Source of the DNA: Octopus bimaculoides
Lineage: Eukaryota
Length of the DNA: 64,000 nucleotides
Assembly (NCBI RefSeq): GCF_001194135.2
Contig: NC_068997.1
Coordinates: forward strand, 56,968,929-57,032,928
Direction of reading: 5' to 3'
The position numbers were made by a program, and so were the translations under genes. Positions 51,827-64,000 of the stretch are shown here, piece by piece (the first letter of the stretch is position 1; each line of letters starts with the position of its first letter). The notes below the pieces were generated by a model. That model was given only the letters and a program-made list of their open reading frames with translations. It ran no database searches and was not told where the DNA came from.

Positions 51827-52157
51827 TGCAAGCATAGCAGGCCGGATATAATTGTTTGAGACAAACAAGAAAGACTACGTACTGCCCCTACTGGTCAGCC
51901 GTCCTGCTGATATGAATATCTGTTTCAGAATCAAAGCGATAGAGTGGAACTATGAACAACTACTTCGAAACCTTCAGCTTCTGTATCCAGATTACAAATA
52001 CCAATACTAATTGGTGAATTTAGTCTTTTTAGTACATGATTAAGTGACAATCTGGATAAGACAGGGCTTTCTGAAAATTATAATGACTAACACACACATT
52101 TTAAATAGAGACTGCAAGTGTAACAGCAAAATTATGCAAGACTTTTCTAATGTTTAA
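51827..52157 (+). mobile_element. R4/Dong/NeSL-type LINE, C-terminal restriction-like endonuclease fragment
   Basis: CKHSRPDIIV*DKQERL ... PADMNICFRIKAIEWNYEQLLRNLQLLYPDYKY / IPILIGEF ... AKLCKTFLMF*. RPD-IIV followed by a (S)CP-x-D segment and a terminal KxxKTF tail is the pattern of the R4-clade PD-(D/E)xK endonuclease. Several frameshifts. Confidence 0.78.
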
Positions 52158-52587
52158 AATGTAACATTGTTCTGTATGCCTACATTCTTCTTTAGAGGAT
52201 GAATATAAATAATCCAAAACAGAAGTGAACATACATACACACATACAGCATGTGTGTGAGAGTCTGTGTGGAGTACGGAATCCCAGAAATGATTCTCTAA
52301 AACAGAAATGTAATATAAAGTAAATCGTGAAACTAAGCACAAATTATCTCTCTATACGTTACAATAATTTGTTTTATAATCAAATATATCATTGATATAT
52401 GGAAGAGAAAAAAACATATATACTGGAGGTATAGATATCGATCATTTTCTTGTTTTCCCATTTATGAATCTTAATTCAGTACATTGACGGCGTGAAGAGT
52501 CCAGTACCTCTGGTTCGATTTCCATCACAAAACTCACGTTCTACCAATATTTGGTAGATTCTTTTTGTAAGTTCATTGTATATCAAG

Positions 52588-52634
<47 letters not shown>

Positions 52635-53281
52635 NNNNNNNNNNNNNNNNNNNNNNNNNNNNNNNNNNNNNNNNNNNNNNNNNNNNNNNNNNNNNNNNNN
52701 NNNNNNNNNNNNNNNNNNNNNNNNNNNNNNNNNNNNNNNNNNNNNNNNNNNNNNNNNNNNNNNNNNNNNNNNNNNNNNNNNNNNNNNNNNNNNNNNNNNN
52801 NNNNNNNNNNNNNNNNNNNNNNNNNNNNNNNNNNNNNNNNNNNNNNNNNNNNNNNNNNNNNNNNNNNNNNNNNNNNNNNNNNNNNNNNNNNNNNNNNNNN
52901 NNNNNNNNNNNNNNNNNNNNNNNNNNNNNNNNNNNNNNNNNNNNNNNNNNNNNNNNNNNNNNNNNNNNNNNNNNNNNNNNNNNNNNNNNNNNNNNNNNNN
53001 NNNNNNNNNNNNNNNNNNNNNGAACAATTCTGTTTCGAACTTTACATTTATATCGTCAAAACCATTTAACAATTCTGATCTGGAGGATAATTTTATGCAA
53101 CAAGAAATTTGCCTGCCGCAGTAAACAATACAAACGCATGAATATGAAAACGAACACTGGGGAAAACGAAGTAGAAAATGTAAGGCCTTACAATCGATGG
53201 ATTTTTACAAACACATTTTAATTATCATTTTTCTAGAAAGTGCCGACGGTACATACTTTCATATACATTCATACATATATA

Positions 53282-53315
<34 letters not shown>

Positions 53316-54609
53316 CATACGTAAATACATATGCATGTATATGCGTATATATATATATATGTATATAATATAATAACATAGATATATATGTATGCATAAA
53401 TGTAGTAAATTGAAAATGATATTTCCTCTAATGATATTAAAAACGACATTTTGCCACTTCAAATATATTTTTGTCTCTCTTCATCTCTTATTCCTCTCAC
53501 ATTCTTCTTCCGTTTCTATTATGGAGATGACAAAATGTAATTTTCTTTCAGTTCTTAAACAAAATATTAAAGAAAACAACAGAAACCAAAACAAAGGCAA
53601 AAGCAGAGACCATCAGGGAATTACACTTTGGAGTTATTAGTCACGTTATGAATCAGAACATGAGAAAATTGGAGAAAATTTGCTAGTGATACACTTTGGA
53701 AGAAATATATGGACGGTAATTAACATCACACAATAAAAAATAAGTTATTTGATTTAAAATTAGCAATTTTCCTTAAAAGTCATCTGAGAGAGAATTAATG
53801 CATTATCGCTTCTCTTTTTTTTTTTTGCTTTTTTTTCTGTTGTAAAACCTCCAGATAATCTCTGATCAGAACATTCAGCCATGATTATCAAAATATTTTC
53901 CAATGTGCAAGAAACCCACGATTAGGTTATCCAATGTGTCTCTCTGAAGATTTGGCTGCTATTTGTAGCAAGTCATTCGACACAGCGAGGCCCCGCGATG
54001 GCCAACACACAATGAGTAAATACGTTATGTGTTAACCGAAACACTTCTCTGTTTAAAACCTCATGCAAATATTCGTATTTTAAAGAGAATTATTCCAGTC
54101 TACCTGGAGTGTCTTGGTTCAGTTATGTTGTTGAACAGTACAAGCAGAAGTTAAACAACCACCACAACAACAACAACAGTAAGCAGGTACATCAACAAGG
54201 TAATCTCTACACGGTGGCTCGACCTGCTAAACATAGACGCCAATCCGACCACAAAGCAAAAAATAACGTTTTAAAGAAAAGGATGGACAGGTTTCTAGAC
54301 ACATCATGGTTGAATAACTCATTGGTTGAGCACTCGGAATTGTCTTCCATAGAATGTTTATGAAAAGTTACGGAACATCATATAATATCGTTAATTAATA
54401 TTATGGTAGCCAATTCAATTCTACCGTCGATCAAATATCTTATCGAAAGAAAATCAATGACTTTGAAACTTTGGTGTGAAATATTCAATCAATAGTATCG
54501 AATATCTCCGGAATATATCAATAACAACCTGGATTACTTAATTGCTCTTATCAGATTACAATTATTTGTTTCGTACTCTCATATTACTATAACTTATAAA
54601 CATCATATC

Positions 54610-54610
<1 letters not shown>

Positions 54611-54685
<75 letters not shown>

Positions 54686-54755
54686 GTTATTATTATTATT
54701 ATTATTTTTGCTATCATTATTATCATTGCTATTATTATTATTATTATTACTATCA
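54611..54755. repeat. (ATC)n microsatellite followed by (ATT)n
   Basis: Uninterrupted ATC run at 54611-54685, then ATT-rich repeats. Confidence 0.95.
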
Positions 54756-55034
54756 TTAGATTACAGCTATTTATCATTTAAATGTGCGTGTATATGTGTA
54801 TGTATGTATGTATATATATATATATTTATATATATACATGATATCGGTTATTGTTATCATTTTACACACATTAACATTAATATCATTGTCATTTATGATA
54901 TTAAGACTAATGTATTGATAATTATTCCTGTCTCGTGTTGTACTGCCGTTGGTCTTTCTTTGTACAATTCTAGTTGTGTGTTAATTTTTATGAGGAATGG
55001 CTGCTAGCACGTGAATCTTCCTACAATGCAACGT

Positions 55035-55215
55035 AGTCGACTCCAAGAGAAAGGATGACAAATTAATCGATATTTGGACTTGACCTGGACCTGTACTTTA
55101 TCGATCCCGGAGGACATGAAAGACAAATTTAACCTCAACGTGGTTTGAACTCAAATCACAGAAAAACCAAATAGCAGAACGCATCCTATTCGACGCTCTA
55201 AGAACTTCACTAATT
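55035..55215 (-). mobile_element. SINE family A, diverged copy
   Basis: TACTTTATCGATCCCGGAGGA-ATGAAAGACAAA and GGTTTGAACTCAAA correspond to the family A body and B box. Confidence 0.55.
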
Positions 55216-56753
55216 TGCTGTGTATACAATTGTTAACTTTTAATACAATTATTAATTAAATATGTTGTAAAATAATAACCTGATCTCAAAGAAAATCTTC
55301 TTTTCGTAAAAATGCTTTTCTTTATTTTCAAATTCTAAGGATTTACATCCCGTTAAAAACATGGATGTAGGAATAGAGAAGCGGCTTACCAGTAACAACA
55401 ATAACGAGAGGGACCAAAGTGACGATGAGGCCAACAGCTATAACATGACTGCAACCTTTCTACTTCTAAATCCTTAAAAAGAGGCTTGTAACTGTGAAAG
55501 AGGTGAACCAAGGTCGAGGCGTCAAGTGACCTGTTGAGTTGCACCTGGTAACGATTGACACTCGATCGACCAAAAGACAGAAAAGGGTCAGATAGACCAC
55601 TCCTATTCCTTTCAGCATCAGTGAAAAGGCAAAAGAACCAATAAGATGAGATGAAATCTTAGTAACGCATACTAGTTACTAATCGTACCCACTAGTTCTT
55701 ATCTTCCAACGACATTTCTCGTGTTTAATCAGTGATGAGCGTTATCTAACCAGATGCCTTACGTACGATTGGTGTTGCTAGTTGGCCTTAATGTGTTTGG
55801 ACATTTGATATATTGAACAGGATCCAATTTAGCCCCTAGAAGGAACACAAACCCAGCCACCTCTACAATATCACACCATTTAAGAATGTTTCGGCAACTC
55901 CTGAGAAGTAGAAATCAGTAAGTTGGGTGAGCTTCAGAGGACCAAATCCGCTACCAGGAAATTCATTGTTCCGTTGCTAGATAAGGCAAAGTGAGGAATT
56001 ATTTTGTGTCCCAGACGTTGAAGTTTTTTTTCTTTTTGTTTTGTTTAATTGACTCTCCCCAATATAAATATATATTTTGACACAAGTAACTTGTGAACTA
56101 ATTAACCTCTGCATCTGAAATGCTAAAATATATTCAACATAAACGATTGATCTTTCTCAGATAATATTCGCTAGATTTTATGATTGAGCTAAATAGATAT
56201 ATATTTTTTTTTTTTTGCCCTGACTTATTAGGCTTTCTTCAAATCAAATATAGAACCGTAGCCTACATTACTTACTGCTATATTGGTTGTTCACACTGAC
56301 CATGACTGCTGTGTATCAGTCTGAGGCAGCGTATACATAAAGCGTGTATATATTATATACATATTGTATGGCACACATATACACACAAACACACGTAAAC
56401 ATATATAGATGTGCATACACACAAATTCACGCATTTTCTGAAATTAAACGCGCACGACAGATATACTCGTAAAACGTTATAGTGACTCTTAAGAGAAACT
56501 CCGACTTAGGATGAACATAATATATGGACGTTCATATATTAAACATCTGTCATTCGTATTTGTAAACTACACTTGCAAAGCAAGACGGGTGGTCGTTAAG
56601 TTTGACTGATGTCGTATAAATAAAATGGAAGAGGAATCTTAGAATATAACCCGCTGCTGACTGCTGCCATCTGAGAATATTGGCCACTGCTGACCGCTGC
56701 CATATTTCTTCAAGCTTCTTTTTTAGATGCAAATAATATAGACGTTTTGAGGA

Positions 56754-56794
<41 letters not shown>

Positions 56795-57779
56795 ACACAG
56801 AGACCTACCATAATTTATAAGACATTCTCATCAGAAGAAAAGAACAAATAGCATTTTAGAAAAGATTTGTTGCTATTTGCCTCCAGATCAGCGCTGAACA
56901 AGAAAAGATAAAATTATTCGTACAGATATTCTAACCGTGACCATCACGCTTTTCTTTGTTAAGTTGTCAATACAGGTTTTCGTTGTATATTGTCTAAGTC
57001 CAGCGTCCACGTTGATGTTCTCACATTTGATTTACTGTTGGTTGTAGTGCCAACTTCATTGCTAATGTAATTATATGGATGTGAATAGGATTAAATTTGT
57101 CGACCGGGGTTCCTTCCTTGTTTGTTTTACACTGTTTCTTACAACTCACATTAACCACATTGTCTCACACCGGCACCAGAAGAGCCCACACACACACAAA
57201 GGTAAACAGCTGACATATGAAAAGAAATAAAATATAGTCTAAACTGGCTGAAGGTTTCTAATTCAGAGTGTATTGACAAGATGAGGATTTCTGAGAGTGA
57301 GTATGAATATTAAATAGATAATGTGTTTAATATTACAATTCATAAAAGATATATTAATAAAGTCTTAACCACTCATGTTGCTTATACAGATGTATTACAT
57401 TTTAACTTCTCTAAGACAGAGCAGTTATTGTTTTCTAAATAGAATTGTGAATACGAAATCTAATTATCTGAGCACGTGTTTTATTGAGACCCAAAGGGTT
57501 AAAAAGACAAACATACAGCTGTGATTGAAACAATGAAGTGGGGAAACGTATAGAAAATAATGTAAAGTATCTCGCGCAAGGCTTTTCAGATTCTGCGGAA
57601 TCTTTAATCCTTCTTCATATATTTAATATTAACAAGAATCTAACTGCTCAACACTGGTTTGCTGTTTTTCTTCACAATGAAGAATTTGCTTATTAACACT
57701 TGATAACAGCCGGCTTTTTTTTTCTCTTTTTTCTTTGTAATTCTGTATATTTCTATTATCAGCAATAATGCTAGAATAC

Positions 57780-57814
<35 letters not shown>

Positions 57815-57892
57815 AAGGAAACTAATATTAATGTGAAATAAGAATAGAAAATCCGAGCGGAACATTTCTTTAAAATATTGGATTACAACAAT

Positions 57893-57937
<45 letters not shown>

Positions 57938-58734
57938 TATATAATGCGCTGATAATAGTAATTATATTAAGAACTACACACATTAACAAAAATAATAAGG
58001 AGAAAGAAAAGAAAAAGTAAAAGCTGAGAGCCATAACCATAAAAGAAATGAATATTAAGCTAATAAACTGGTGCATGGAAAGGGATAAGAAATTCCATCG
58101 GAACAATAAGTGCTCTTCATATCATTATTATCCTCATCAACCATCATCGTCGTCGTCATCGCCAACACCACCATCATCATCATCGTCATTAACTATTTTC
58201 ACTTGTTCATCATCAGCGTCATCACTATTAATATGATTGAGTGGAACAACCACTACTACAGACATCATCATCACCACCCAAAATGACAGCCACCAATACT
58301 TCTCCAATAAAATGCATAAACTAAAAACTATAAAATCCCATACAGAATCACACAAAAAGCACCCTTTTATTCCTACTATTATAGTAATACCCCAACCCAG
58401 CCATCCGGTATCCACGCACCATTCCCCCTATTCTTTATGGGGGCCAATCAATGAGGCAATTTTGTACCTACCTCCTTATTAAAAAATAAAAAGAAAGAGA
58501 ATTTTCAATCATTTTTAGCTGTATTTTTCGCTCCTAAATATCATTTTTTCTCTCCCCTTCTTTTTCGAGCTGGAGGCAATTTACCAGCTGCTCAGATTCC
58601 TTCTCTACTCTAAACATAACATTGCTACTTTTTAAACTCGATTGATTTCTTCACGCAGAAACACGCCGACGACTATAATTTCTTTCATCCACACTCTGTT
58701 TCCCTCACTCCACATACGTTTGTGTATGTGTTTG

Positions 58735-58824
58735 TATATATATACATATATATATATGTATATATGTATGTATATATGTATGTATGTATATATGTATGTA
58801 TGTATATATATGTATGTATGTATG

Positions 58825-58860
<36 letters not shown>

Positions 58861-58924
58861 TATACATATATATATATGTATGTATGTATATATATGTATG
58901 TATGTATATACATATATATATCTG

Positions 58925-58957
<33 letters not shown>

Positions 58958-59009
58958 ATATGTAAGTAGATCTCAAAATATACGTACACAAACATATATA
59001 TGCACAACC

Positions 59010-59055
<46 letters not shown>
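58735..59055. repeat. compound (TATG)n/(TA)n/(TG)n microsatellite
   Basis: Directly visible. Confidence 0.95.
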
Positions 59056-59057
<2 letters not shown>

Positions 59058-59483
59058 TGTGTGTATGCGAGGTGTATTTATGAGCAGCTGTAAAAATCAA
59101 TAACTATGTAATACATGAACTTCCTGATCTATCCTAATTCCTTTTGTGTCTATTGTACTTATTCCATTTAGCTTCTCAAAGACTGCCTACTGTTCGACAA
59201 GAACATGCTTTGCAACAGAAACATTATATCATGGCTACAGGAAAATGTCGTTCGCTTTTTCGTTGGTTTTATTAATATTCTTTTTATTGTCTAATTTTAA
59301 GGGTTTTCGTCGTACACGTTGTTTCTTTGTTGTTTTTTCTTTTCATTTATTTTAAATGATAGAATTTCCATTCACATGTTCCGGGTTTTATTTCTTCGTT
59401 CGTATGTTTTCTACAGACAAATGTTAAAAGTTGTGATTAACCGATATATTTTAGTAAAGTTTAAGTATTCATACAAATATGAG

Positions 59484-59520
<37 letters not shown>

Positions 59521-59606
59521 GATGGGTAAATTGTCACCGTTTTATATTTCTAATTTCACGCATGTGCATTGTGTGTTTTTTTGTCGACTACGCAGAATAG
59601 TAGGGA

Positions 59607-60388
59607 CAGTTGGGCACCGTCTGTAAGAAAAATCGCACCATGACGCAATTCATTGTCAGAAATTTGGAAAAGATATGCTATACTGCTTGGCATTCGCACC
59701 GGAAGCAACAATAAACACATTTCTGAATGCTTGCGTGTCAATCTGAGGGGAATGCATTCTGAAGACATGTGCCGAGAGTAATGAAAACCAAACATCCAGT
59801 CAACATCATGGTGCTTGGTGTGATGGTTACGTTATGCCTCCGTTCATTTTCCCACACGGCTTCAAACTCAATATGGAGGCCTACATCGAGTCCCTGTAGG
59901 AGGTAGGGTTGCCCTGGGTCAAGAGAGAGTGGCTGCTGGAAGATCCTGTCTGGCAACAGGACTCTGCATCATACCACATAAGCAGGAGAATCCAGTTGTG
60001 GCTGTCAGACAATTTATGTGACAAGATCACCCCTAACACCTGACCAGCTAATTCCCCACACTGCAACCTCCTTGATTATTATGAGTGTAGCCCAGTTGAG
60101 CGAGAGACCAACAAGACTCCTCGTACCACTAAAGATGAACTGAAGTCGAGGATTATGGCAGCATTCACCAACTGAAACAAAGTGACTCTTCCGGAAGCGT
60201 TGCAGGAGGTTCCGAAGTCATCTGGAGGCCGTAGTTGAAGCCAATGGCGATGTTATTAAATAAATTTACTGTAATATTTCAAGAATATTTTTTATGTAAT
60301 TTTTGTAGACATATCTGTTAAAATGAGATGTCTAAATTACGCAAAGATGAAAATAATATTGACAACAGATTATTCACTGCACCTTTTA
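59607..60388 (+). mobile_element. maT (DD37D) internally deleted transposon, copy 2
   Basis: ATG at 59640, then SEIWKRYAILLGIRTGSNNKHISECLRVNLR, MKTKHPVNIMVLGV, VWQQDSASYHISRRIQLWLSDNLCDKITPNT*PANSPHCNLLDYY and TKDELKSRIMAAFTN. Aligns with 7064-7848 from CAG(C/T)TGGGCACC to the TTCAC(C/T)GCAC end. Confidence 0.9.
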
Positions 60389-61738
60389 TCCTTCAAGCTA
60401 CGAACTGTAAACCATTATTGCAGCAAAAGGGACGGCTGCTTTATCTAAGATTTCTTTATTTCACAAGAAACTGAGAAACATTCTAATAATGTTATTTCAT
60501 GATTTTTGATTTCCGTATGTTGGCGGTATAATCCTGTATTAATAAGTGTAACTCGATGATATTTATGAAGCTAGATAGCTGTTAAATCTAGAATAAAATC
60601 ATGAAAGCTGATGATGGTTGATTCGATAGATATAAATGGAACTGCTGTAAAAGGTGATAATGAGCTCCCTAAGTTTTCTATGTCTGCATTGGCGATAAAT
60701 GTACAAAGCCGCATACACATACTTCGTTACGCCCACACGCACATGCGCCTGTCTATGGAGAGACATACGCAAGCACACATGAGCTTCATACGCACAAACA
60801 CATATAGCAGTCTACTGTTGTTCCCCTTTCCACCCACGCCTCAAGCCAACTTCTTCCTCTTCTGGTCATTTAAGTATGTGCTGACCGTTTAAATGAAGCA
60901 CGGTTTTTCTTTTCTCTTTTATGCCATATTTAGCTTGCCTGGCCTTTATTCCCGTTTAGTGAGAGCATCTTCAATTTAGGAGTGTTTTCCTACTTTTGAG
61001 GTTTTAGTATTGCCAAGAACCATACTAAAAATGGAGCCAATGAGGACACTGGAATTGGATATGATGGCCGCAATTTATCCCAAACAATTAGAGAATGTTA
61101 TTTGTTAAATTAGGTTCATAATGTAAAACTATTTNNNNNNNNNNNNNNNNNNNNNNNNNNNNNNNNNNNNNNNNNNNNNNNNNNNNNNNNNNNNNNNNNN
61201 NNNNNNNNNNNNNNNNNNNNNNNNNNNNNNNNNNNNNNNNNNNNNNNNNNNNNNNNNNNNNNNNNNNNNNNNNNNNNNNNNNNNNNNNNNNNNNNNNNNN
61301 NNNNNNNNNNNNNNNNNNNNNNNNNNNNNNNNNNNNNNNNNNNNNNNNNNNNNNNNNNNNNNNNNNNNNNNNNNNNNNNNNNNNNNNNNNNNNNNNNNNN
61401 NNNNNNNNNNNNNNNNNNNNNNNNNNNNNNNNNNNNNNNNNNNNNNNNNNNNNNNNNNNNNNNNNNNNNNNNNNNNNNNNNNNNNNNNNNNNNNNNNNNN
61501 NNNNNNNNNNNNNNNNNNNNNNNNNNNNNNNNNNNNNNNNNNNNNNNNNNNNNNNNNNNNNNNNNNNNNNNNNNNNNNNNNNNNNNNNNNNNNNNNNNNN
61601 NNNNNNNNNNNNNNNNNNNNNNNNNNNNNNNNNNNNNNNNNNNNNNNNNNNNNNNNNNNNNNNNNNNNNNNNNNNNNNNNNNNNNNNNNNNNNNNNNNNN
61701 NNNNNNNNNNNNNNNNNNNNNNNNNNNNNNNNCACACA

Positions 61739-61778
<40 letters not shown>

Positions 61779-61820
61779 TATATTAATGTGTGTTGATATA
61801 TGTTTGTATATATAAATGTG

Positions 61821-61864
<44 letters not shown>

Positions 61865-63712
61865 TATAGGTAAGGTAAACAGTGAAACTAAGTGATGTAG
61901 CCATCTGACAGCGTTAATGTGTGAGACAAACAAAAGACATTTCATAACAGCTCGAACCTGTCAATATTTCTATTAACAAATCTTTTAGTTTCCATTATTA
62001 TTTAGTTTCATTTTTTTTTTTTTCATTTTTCCTTTCCCCATCCCCTACACATTATTTCTATTGTCAATATTTTAGGACTATAACGATATATGTATATTAA
62101 TATGTATATATCTGTGTGTGTGTGTGTGTGTGTGTGCTTTTATTATGAGAATGGTTTTAAGGAGTATGCGTGCATGAATGATTAACTAATGTCAACAGCA
62201 ATCTGAATTTTAAATCCCTACACACGTTGTATAAATTGTTACAATATCCTGGCCATTAAAATGTTTTCCTCTTGGTTTTCTACATTGCAGAAAACCGTCA
62301 TATCAACTCACTAGCTGTCATTAAGAAATTCATTCACGCGTGGAGATAAGATTCTCCCATCAATTCACGACACGGCACAACTTCAATTTACTGCTGCTGT
62401 TTCACTCTCTACGTCATTTTTTTTTTTTTGTGCGTTTGGAGATTTTATTTTTAAATAGAATTTCCGAGGTTCGTTTTAGCGTTTGTTGGATGTTCGTATA
62501 GTCCAGACAGATAATGAATGAATAAAAATAATAATAATGATGATGATGATAAAAATTATATGTTGATAATGTACATATACATACATACACACACACACAC
62601 ATATATATATATACACATAACATTATATTTAAGTTATTAACCTGCTAAGAAATAGGTTTAATTGTAACCGAGTTGGTTTCACAGCAAATCCGAACTCAAT
62701 TCCCAATGGTATCAACAATATTATTATATTTACATTTCTCGAACAAATCTATTACTGTTATCTATTTAATTCTATTTATATTATCGCTGCTCCAATTACA
62801 GGGTGTCAGCGTTGCAACTTCTATTTCTCCTATAATATTTGTCTTCGTCTTTCAGACTGCTTGCGGTGAAATGTGATATACAAGTTATATAACTTTAGTG
62901 TACGATTTTCTTGAGATATAATCATAATATAGCAGTAATCTATGATGATAAAAATATATTCTATTTTCCGAAAAGAAAATAATCCACTGGGTATTACATC
63001 ATCTAATTATTTCTCAAAACTAACAATCACATTATTTAGTTTGTCTATCGACTCTATTATTTTTAGAGTGAAGCTGGCCTGCTTTGAGTGCCTAATCTAA
63101 GTGGAATAATATTCATTCAGTCCTTTATTCTTTCACTACCATCAATTGTTGTATCAGAACCATGCTGGAGCATTAGTCTTCAAGTGTTATTAACTGTTTC
63201 TGTTATTATAAAGATCATTATTTGTCAAATCACTTATTTATGAAAGATTAACAACCGTAGAAATTGCCGGATCTTTCAGGAACTTGTCTGTGAGGTTCCA
63301 GGTTCGATATTTGCACGAAATCTGGACTCCTGTCCACAGCCTGGAGTTGATGCCAGAATATCGAACACAAGCAAAAATACCTGTAGAATGATATCTTTCG
63401 TCGAAGATGTTAAAACCACGGAGGATTCTAGCTTCAATTCAAGTGTCTGTCTCCATCACCATCTACCACTGACTCTACTTTTAGAAGTGTGGTCAGGAGG
63501 TAGGCACCAACAGAATATTCAACCACCCCGCATGCTTCATTAACGCGTTGGTCGTTTAGATGTTCGTAAACATCAACATACACTTGTCGTTCGTCGATGG
63601 GTGGGACATTGTAGCTGTGCAAGTGTTGTTGCATATGCATAACAACACCAGGTAAAATAACACAACGAAAACACAAACTTCAAATCAACACCAACAAAAA
63701 TAGTAACCATAA

Positions 63713-64000
63713 ACAGAAAAAAATTCATTTTTTAATGTCAGGACAACAAACACCGGAGAAAGAAACACTCCAAGAAGTAACATACCCAAAACAATTGGAC
63801 ACATAGACCCTAAGATAATTAATCTTTCCAGAAGAGATCTTGACAATGATGAAACCCAACTTCTGTTAAAAGGCCTGAAATTTACACCTACACCAACAGT
63901 CAACCACCATGAACTAAAGGAAGATATCCAGAAATTCTGTCGCAAATTACGACTTGTCGAATTCTTCACCACCAATATTAATAATAAAAATAATAATGAA
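63713..64000 (+). mobile_element. Penelope-like element, N-terminal ORF region, truncated by the window end
   Basis: Frame open from 63713 to 64000 with no ATG-initiated ORF: ...IGHIDPKIINLSRRDLDNDETQLLLKGLKFTPTPTVNHHELKEDIQKFCRKLRLVEFF. INLS...LL.KGL.F.PTP...D...F.RKLRL.EFF is the usual pre-RT motif of Penelope/Poseidon ORFs. 63300-63700 may be decayed upstream sequence of the same element. Confidence 0.82.

Noticed and set aside
54562-54777. poly-Met/poly-Ile ORF
   Set aside because: Reading of (ATC)n and (ATT)n microsatellites.
58632-59100. Several 60-131 aa Y/I/M/C/V ORFs
   Set aside because: Compound TA/TATG/TG microsatellite.
61088-61775. Long ORFs spanning N runs (also around 6127-6682, 7872-8358, 35388-35928, 52476-53124)
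   Set aside because: The frames are open only because N codons are not stops.
61733-61792. CACACATTAA-(TA)n-TTAATGTGTG palindrome
   Set aside because: Low complexity and directly at a gap edge, so possibly an assembly artefact.

Overview
AT-rich, microsatellite-dense eukaryotic DNA with eight assembly gaps. The repeat repertoire (tRNA-headed SINE families, CR1/L2-, RTE-, R4/Dong- and Penelope-type retroelements, mariner and maT transposons) suggests a coleoid cephalopod such as Octopus; this is inference from recalled repeat types, not a database result. I found no intact host protein-coding gene, rRNA, true tRNA gene or CRISPR array. Nearly all long ORFs in the track are artefacts of microsatellites or N runs. 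The recognisable coding signal is transposon debris: a CR1/L2-type LINE 3' part (6519-7060, -), two DD37D maT derivatives sharing one internal deletion (7064-7848, 59607-60388), a DD34D mariner (10222-11113, -), an RTE fragment (46125-46340, -), an R4/Dong endonuclease fragment (51827-52157) and Penelope-like ORF starts (48345-48800, 63713-64000+). The less ordinary observations are foldback/palindromic elements, degenerate Penelope-type hammerhead-like motifs (one pair head-to-head), a back-to-back pair of tRNA-like heads, a micro-inversion and an orphan GC-rich block. I cannot support a claim of a new biological system; these are leads. Element boundaries are approximate.
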